Part shown: positions 58,320-64,000 of the stretch, one piece after another
How the letters are laid out: every line of letters starts with the position of its first letter
Numbering within the stretch: the stretch's first letter is position 1
IMG/VR virus record: IMGVR_UViG_3300032213_000911
Coordinates: 2,042 to 66,041 of that record
Origin: a virus
Taxonomy: Duplodnaviria; Caudoviricetes
Direction: 5' to 3' (one strand)
DNA: 64,000 bases
Position numbers and translations under genes: made by a program
Notes under the pieces: model-generated
Told to the model about the DNA's origin: nothing
The model's input: only the letters and a program-made list of their open reading frames with translations
Databases searched by the model: none

Positions 58320-59352
58320 TATTGTATTTGGATTAGCGTGGGGTGATGAAGGTAAGGGTAAGGTTGTATCTGGTATTCTTAGTCGTAAAAAAAGATACAA
58401 CTATGTATGTAGATGGAATGGTGGTCCCAATGCTGGACATACCGTTTATCTAAATGGTAAAAAGTATAAGACTCACCAGATTCCTAGTGGTGTATTCCAT
58501 GATGTTACTTCTATTATTGGACCAAACTGTGTTGTAGATCCAATCAAACTTAATGAAGAAATTAAGTATATGGAAGAAAATGGATTTAATCCACGAAAGT
58601 ATCTTAAGATTCATCCTCATGCTAATATTATTACTCAAGAACATATTAGATATGATCAACAATTCTTAGCAGCTAAGTTGGGAACAACTGGTTGTGGTAT
58701 TGCTCCTTGCTATGCAGACCGATCTTTACGAAAGGGTTTGCTAGCTAAAGAATATTATTCCTATGCTTCGTCTAATACTACAGATCTACTATGGAATATG
58801 CACTTTAAAGATAGATCACATATCTTATGTGAAGGTGCTCAAGGTATGTGGTTAGATATAAATCAAGGTACTCCACCATATACCACAAGTTCAGAAACTC
58901 TTCCATATGCTGCTTGCTCTCTAGGTTTCTCTCATAGAGAAATTGGTGAAGTCATTGGAGTTGCTAAAGCATACGATACCCGTAGTGGCGAAGATCCACG
59001 ATTCCCTAATTCATTATTGGAATGCCCAGATAGAGGAATAATTGGGGCTACTGGTAAGGAATACGGCACAACAACTGGCCGTAAGAGAAAGGTTGACTTC
59101 TTAGATTTAGATGCTTTAATGAAGGCTATTGACCTAAGTGGAACAACTAGAGTAATTATTAATAAAGGTGATGTATTAGAACAATGCGGTATTTTCAAGA
59201 TTAAACATAATAGAGAAATTGTTTCATTCAATTCATATGCAGATATGAAGAATCATATTATTGGATATCTTGTAAATGTCTGTTGGATTGATGAATCACT
59301 TATTAGTTTTTCTAATGATCCTGAATCAATTCCAAAGGAGTTTTCTGTATGA
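58306..59352 (+). CDS. purA: adenylosuccinate synthetase (short form)
   Basis: GLAWGDEGKGK, GGPNAGHT, EGAQG, TTTGRKR, NKGD; catalytic Asp retained, so not PurZ. Confidence 0.92.
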   Translation: MLTADIVFGLAWGDEGKGKVVSGILSRKKRYNYVCRWNGGPNAGHTVYLNGKKYKTHQIPSGVFHDVTSIIGPNCVVDPIKLNEEIKYMEENGFNPRKYLKIHPHANIITQEHIRYDQQFLAAKLGTTGCGIAPCYADRSLRKGLLAKEYYSYASSNTTDLLWNMHFKDRSHILCEGAQGMWLDINQGTPPYTTSSETLPYAACSLGFSHREIGEVIGVAKAYDTRSGEDPRFPNSLLECPDRGIIGATGKEYGTTTGRKRKVDFLDLDALMKAIDLSGTTRVIINKGDVLEQCGIFKIKHNREIVSFNSYADMKNHIIGYLVNVCWIDESLISFSNDPESIPKEFSV

Positions 59353-60413
59353 AAGTAGAAGAAGATATTAAGTTAGATTTTAGAGATGTACTTATTCGAC
59401 CAAAGAGATCAACCCTCAATAGTCGAAGCGAAGTATCAATGACTAGAACTTTTAAGTTTAGTCTACCTAATGGACTTATGCAATGGTCTGGTACTCCAAT
59501 TGTAGCCAGTAATATGGATACTGTTGGTAATTGGGATGTTGCACAAGAACTAGCAGGGTTTAATGCACTAACGGCACTACATAAATATTATACTGTAAAT
59601 GAATGGAAGGATGCAAATGTTCTTGCTGGTAATCTATCTAATAATATTATCTATACTATGGGCATGGGGAAGGATAACTTTGCTGAGATTGACAAGGCAC
59701 AACAAATTATTAATCTTTATCCAAGTATTAGATTTATCTGTATTGATGTTGCTAATGGATATACAGAAAAGTTTGTTAAGTATGTCTCAACAGTAAGGGG
59801 GCTATTTCCTAATCAAGCAATTATTGCTGGTAATGTTGTATCCCGTGAAATGACTGAAGCTTTACTATTGGCTGGTGCTAATATCATTAAGATTGGTATT
59901 GGTCCCGGTTCAGTATGTACAACTAGAAAGGTTGCTGGTGTTGGCTATCCGCAACTGTCGTGTATCATGGAATGTGCTGATGCCGCACACGGACTCAATG
60001 GCTATGTTCTATCGGATGGTGGTTGCACTTGTCCGGGGGATGTAGCCAAGGCATTTGGAGCGGGTGCAGATTTTGTAATGGTTGGTGGTATGTTTGCTGG
60101 TTGTGATGAAGCTGGTGGTAAAACCATAATGAAAGAATTAGAAGGATCTATGTATCCTATTTCTAAGCAGTTTTATGGTATGTCATCAGATACTGCTATG
60201 GGTAAGTATTCTGGTGGCGTAGCTACTTATAGAGCATCTGAAGGTAAGACTGTAAATGTACCATATACTGGTCCTGTTTCAGAAACGATGCAATCAATTC
60301 TTGGTGGTGTTCGTTCTGCCTGTACTTATGTTGGAGCAGATAAACTAAAGGATCTACCAAAGAGAACTACATTCGTAAGAGTTAACAGACAGCTTAACGA
60401 TTTCTTTGAATAA
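59349..60413 (+). CDS. guaC: GMP reductase
   Basis: KLDFRDVLIRPKRSTL.SR, NMDTVG, IDVANGY, GIGPGSVCTTR, FYGMSS, YRASEGK, GGVRSACTYVGA. Confidence 0.93.
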   Translation: MKVEEDIKLDFRDVLIRPKRSTLNSRSEVSMTRTFKFSLPNGLMQWSGTPIVASNMDTVGNWDVAQELAGFNALTALHKYYTVNEWKDANVLAGNLSNNIIYTMGMGKDNFAEIDKAQQIINLYPSIRFICIDVANGYTEKFVKYVSTVRGLFPNQAIIAGNVVSREMTEALLLAGANIIKIGIGPGSVCTTRKVAGVGYPQLSCIMECADAAHGLNGYVLSDGGCTCPGDVAKAFGAGADFVMVGGMFAGCDEAGGKTIMKELEGSMYPISKQFYGMSSDTAMGKYSGGVATYRASEGKTVNVPYTGPVSETMQSILGGVRSACTYVGADKLKDLPKRTTFVRVNRQLNDFFE

Positions 60414-60423
60414 GGAGTATACT

Positions 60424-62121
60424 ATGAGACTAGTACTTGATGTTGAGGCAAACGGTTTGAATGAAGTTTCTCTTGATGGTAACAAGATCACCAAAGAAGC
60501 TGACACTATCCATTGTGCCGTAGCACATGATCTTGATTCAGGTACTACTTATAAGTTTACTAAAGATAATATCATGGCCCTACTAAGTCTTTTAGATAAA
60601 GCAACAATTATAATCGGCCATAATATTTTCTTTGATATTTCTGCTATTCGTAAGATTGTTGGTAATTTCAAGTGTACTAAGTATCACGACACGCTCATTA
60701 TATCAAAGTTAATGTATCCAGATATTAATGACCACCCACTTGGAGATAACTCTCTACAGTCTTGGGGCAAGTTCCTCAAGAATGATAAGATTGATTACCA
60801 AGGTGGATGGGAAACATTCTCAGAAGAAATGTTAACTTACTGTGTGCAAGATGTTATGCTTACCGCAGATATCTTTCGCTATCAACAAATCCATTGCAAG
60901 GTTCCAGACCGTGTAGTTAAGTTTGAACATCTGGTATCAAAGATTCTTGCAGAGCAAACTACTTCCGGTATTGGTTTTAACTCAAATGCTGGTGACAAAC
61001 TAATTGGTGAACTCTTAATTGAAAGGGCTAAGATTGAAGACGAGATGCGTCAAATCTTTCCAGACAAAATTATTGAGCGTTATTCACAAAAAACAAACAA
61101 ACGCCTCAAAGATAAAATTGAAATTTTTAATCCCGGTTCTCGTCAGCAGATTGCAAGTAGACTATTTGAAAAGTATGGATGGGAAGCACCACTCACAGAC
61201 AAAGGAAATCCAAAAGTTGATGAAGAAGTTTTGTCAAAGCTTGACTTTCCTGAAGCAAAGAAACTAGTTCAATACTTTGATTGTATTAAATTAATGGGTC
61301 AAGTAGAAGATTGGAACACACGATCTCATCACTCTAGGGATGGGCGGATTCACGGGCGTGTAAACGCACAGGGAGCCTCCACAGGGCGTTGCACACATAG
61401 CCAACCCAACATGGCACAGGTTAGCAAAGATCCCCGTGCTAGGGCTTTATTCTGCCCCATACAAAAGGATCATGTTCTAGTTGGTGCTGACTTGCAAGGT
61501 CTTGAATTAAGAATGCTATCTCATTTCATGGCAAAGTATGACAACGGTAAGTATGGTGATAAAATCTTAAACGATGATATTCATACCTATAATCAAAAAG
61601 CAGCAGGACTTCCTAACAGAGATGCTGCCAAGACCTTTATCTATGCCTATTGCTATGGGGCTGGAGATGAAAAGCTAGGAAAGATTATTGGTGGGAATAG
61701 AAACGCTGGTAGTCAGATTAGATCTAAATTCCAAAAAGAAATTCCTGCTCTTGACAAAGTACAACAAGAAGTAAAGTTTTCTGTAGCAAAGACTAAGGGT
61801 GTACAGTTACCAGATGGTCGTACTGTTCCAGTAAGATCAGAACACGCCGCACTAAACACACTTTTACAGGGTTCAGGTGCTATTGTCAGTAAACTATGGA
61901 TGTGCATTGCCTATGTTAATTTAAAGAAAAAGTTTGGTAATCAAGTTTATCAAGTTGCTTATGTTCACGACGAATTACAATATTCATGTAGTAAGACTAT
62001 TGCTGATGAAGTAGGTAAAATTGTAACTCTAGCTGCTACAGAGGCTGGCGAAAAGTTGGGCCTTAAGATACGGATTGATGCAAACTATTCTATTGGCTCT
62101 AACTGGAGTGAAACACATTAA
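60424..62121 (+). CDS. family A DNA polymerase, T7 gp5-like (Tyr at the 762-equivalent position)
   Basis: Exonuclease DVE, GHNI..D; motif A DLQGLELR, motif B RDAAKTFIYAYCYG, motif C VHDE. Confidence 0.96.
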   Translation: MRLVLDVEANGLNEVSLDGNKITKEADTIHCAVAHDLDSGTTYKFTKDNIMALLSLLDKATIIIGHNIFFDISAIRKIVGNFKCTKYHDTLIISKLMYPDINDHPLGDNSLQSWGKFLKNDKIDYQGGWETFSEEMLTYCVQDVMLTADIFRYQQIHCKVPDRVVKFEHLVSKILAEQTTSGIGFNSNAGDKLIGELLIERAKIEDEMRQIFPDKIIERYSQKTNKRLKDKIEIFNPGSRQQIASRLFEKYGWEAPLTDKGNPKVDEEVLSKLDFPEAKKLVQYFDCIKLMGQVEDWNTRSHHSRDGRIHGRVNAQGASTGRCTHSQPNMAQVSKDPRARALFCPIQKDHVLVGADLQGLELRMLSHFMAKYDNGKYGDKILNDDIHTYNQKAAGLPNRDAAKTFIYAYCYGAGDEKLGKIIGGNRNAGSQIRSKFQKEIPALDKVQQEVKFSVAKTKGVQLPDGRTVPVRSEHAALNTLLQGSGAIVSKLWMCIAYVNLKKKFGNQVYQVAYVHDELQYSCSKTIADEVGKIVTLAATEAGEKLGLKIRIDANYSIGSNWSETH

Positions 62122-62594
62122 TGAAAGCAGATATATATTTAGCATTTTATGATAACACTACTGGTTTAGGCTGGTTTAGAAGTACTTTAATAAAACTATT
62201 AACAAGATCTAAAGTAACTCATGTTGCTTTAATATTTGATTTACCGTTTGCTAGTTTAACTCCTATGGTTTTAGACGGTGAAAGATGTAGATTGCTTACT
62301 ACATATATCCTTGAGAAAAAAGGAGCGGTTTTAATCTACAAAAAGTACATGGGAAGTTATGATACTTGTATTGAAGAAGTTAAAAAAGTAACAGAAATGC
62401 ATAAAGTAAGTACTTGGTATAAGTTAATTTTTTGGTTTTTCTTTGGTAGATTTATTAAGTATAGACCACACCACTGTGGTACACTAGCAGTTGATTGGTT
62501 AAATAGTAATCTTGGTTACAAACTACAAAACAGAAACATTCCTAGTCTTTTACTAGAGGAGGTACAACATGATCATAGTAATGATTGGCGGTAA
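62121..62594 (+). CDS. permuted papain-like (NlpC/P60-related) protein
   Basis: IKLLTRSKVTHVAL (His) precedes HHCGTLA (Cys). Confidence 0.55.
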   Translation: MKADIYLAFYDNTTGLGWFRSTLIKLLTRSKVTHVALIFDLPFASLTPMVLDGERCRLLTTYILEKKGAVLIYKKYMGSYDTCIEEVKKVTEMHKVSTWYKLIFWFFFGRFIKYRPHHCGTLAVDWLNSNLGYKLQNRNIPSLLLEEVQHDHSNDWR

Positions 62595-63300
62595 GGCAAG
62601 AGTTGGTAAGACTACAATGGCAAATATTATTGCTGAGTATTGTCTAAATAATAACCTTACTCCTAAGATGGTTCCATTTGCTTATGGTCTTAAGAAAGCC
62701 GCTGAAAATAAAGGACTAAGTAAGGATAAGAACTCAGAAGAGTATAGAAAGTTTTGCCAAACACTAGGCGAATCCATGCGAATCAAGAATCCAGATCATT
62801 GGGTAAATGAGTGGACTGCTGCTGTAGAAGCAATTAGAAAAGAAGAACAAACTCTACTAGAAGTCGATGATCTTTGGAAGGAAAGAGTTGTTATTGTTGA
62901 TGATTGTCGCTATATGAACGAAGTAGCTAAGGCTAGAGAATATGGTGCTACAACAATCTTTATTAGACAAGGCAAGAGAAAGCTTATTGAAGATCAGGCT
63001 GAGTGGCGTAATCACCCAAGCGAAGAAATGGCAAACAGTATTGAAAATAATCATAAAGATTATAATGATGTATTTCAATATAAACTCACAAACGATAGCA
63101 CTTTAGATGTGTTTAAAAAACATTGTTTAAAGAATATTCCTACTTGGTTAAATCTTATTGCGGATACAAGTAGAGCCGCTTGTGATTGCGAACTATGCAA
63201 AGCTAATAGAGAAGGTAGAGAGCCTAATCAAGATAAGGTAATCCAAGAATTAATGGATTTACTTGATAAAGCTCTTGAAGAAGAAGAAGGTAAAGAATGA
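62569..63300 (+). CDS. deoxynucleoside monophosphate kinase-like P-loop protein
   Basis: GGKARVGKTT, FAYGLK, R...Q.LG...R, VIVDDCRYMNE, HPSE. Confidence 0.8.
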   Translation: MIIVMIGGKARVGKTTMANIIAEYCLNNNLTPKMVPFAYGLKKAAENKGLSKDKNSEEYRKFCQTLGESMRIKNPDHWVNEWTAAVEAIRKEEQTLLEVDDLWKERVVIVDDCRYMNEVAKAREYGATTIFIRQGKRKLIEDQAEWRNHPSEEMANSIENNHKDYNDVFQYKLTNDSTLDVFKKHCLKNIPTWLNLIADTSRAACDCELCKANREGREPNQDKVIQELMDLLDKALEEEEGKE

Positions 63301-64000
63301 AAGCAATCTTGGATGGAGATATTATAGCTTATAGATTAGCTTTTAGGGCAGAGGCTGAGGGTTTAGAGGATATTGAACTATGGGCAGAACATGCTATATC
63401 CTCTTGGACCCCGCCAAATGTAACCGAAGTTCTCCTAGCCTTTTCATGTCCACGGTCTAAAAACTTTAGGCGAAAGATATGGGAACTTTATAAGGCACAT
63501 AGAGATACCGGAAGCCATGCTCCTGATTGTAGGTTAGAAGTAGAACAAATTGTTAAAAATATATGTAATAAATTTGTAGTAGGTAATCAAATTGAGGCTG
63601 ATGACTTTATGGGCATTGCCGCCTCTAGCCCATCTAGGGGCTGTATAGCCGTCACAATCGACAAGGATCTCCGTAGTGTTCCGGGATGGCATTGGAACCC
63701 AGACAAAGAAGCAGAGCCTGTCCTAGTGTCTGAGGAAGAAGCCGATAGAAACTTCCATTTACAATGGCTAACAGGCGATACTACTGACAATATTCCGGGT
63801 ATTTGGAAGATGGGGCCAGCCAAGGCAGCTAAGATAATAGATAGTGTTTCTATTTCTAACAGAACAGCAGCCGTTTTAGCAACTTATGAGCAAGCCTTAG
63901 ATAGAAATAAAAATAGATATAGTTATGATTATTGCATAGCTATGGCTAGATGCGTAAGAATTTTGCGTTATGGTGAGCTATCGGTCAATAAAATTACCAC
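63297..64000 (+). CDS. 5'-3' exonuclease, T7 gp6-like (truncated by window end)
   Basis: Not in ORF track; ILDGDIIAY, EADDFMGI, IDKDLRSVPG, LTGDTTDNIPG. Confidence 0.92.
   Translation, partial: MKAILDGDIIAYRLAFRAEAEGLEDIELWAEHAISSWTPPNVTEVLLAFSCPRSKNFRRKIWELYKAHRDTGSHAPDCRLEVEQIVKNICNKFVVGNQIEADDFMGIAASSPSRGCIAVTIDKDLRSVPGWHWNPDKEAEPVLVSEEEADRNFHLQWLTGDTTDNIPGIWKMGPAKAAKIIDSVSISNRTAAVLATYEQALDRNKNRYSYDYCIAMARCVRILRYGELSVNKIT

Noticed and set aside
58306-59352. PurZ / 2-aminoadenine (Z) genome
   Set aside because: The catalytic Asp (WGDEGKG) and the NKxD GTP-binding motif are PurA-type; PurZ has Ser at that position; no datZ/mazZ-like genes are visible
59349-60413. IMP dehydrogenase (guaB)
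   Set aside because: The N-terminal DVLIRPKRSTL.SR, FYGMSS and YRASEGK motifs match GuaC; no CBS domains
577-63823. Minus-strand and alternative-frame ORFs in the ORF track
   Set aside because: They are shadows of long + strand genes, with no recognisable motifs

Overview
Nearly complete, circularly permuted genome of a large T7-like (Autographiviridae-type) podophage; every supportable gene is on the + strand. Window order: C-terminus of a class II ribonucleotide reductase, then portal, scaffold, major capsid, tail tubular A/B, two tail fibres, lysis-type membrane proteins, small and large terminase, and internal virion proteins (one with a C-terminal lysozyme, one 3580-aa giant). The probable physical genome end is near 41.35-41.41 kb. 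After it come a GC-rich left end, a hairpin-rich non-coding early region, many small early ORFs, tRNAs, a single-subunit RNA polymerase, SSB, RusA, ThyX, a deaminase, primase-helicase, PurA, GuaC, DNA polymerase A, a dNMP kinase and a truncated exonuclease. Most notable: (1) a coherent apparent GC-to-AT adaptation kit (GuaC+PurA for G->A, deaminase+ThyX for C->T, tRNAs for A-ending codons, a codon gradient along the genome); (2) structured non-coding segments punctuated by a repeated hairpin+UUUC element in the early region; (3) a polyvalent ejection protein with zincin, ART-like and FtsK-gamma-like domains; (4) a tRNA-like element with an expanded anticodon loop; (5) CCWGG avoidance plus a T3 SAM-lyase-like early gene. 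All calls are by eye from motifs and synteny; no searches were run.
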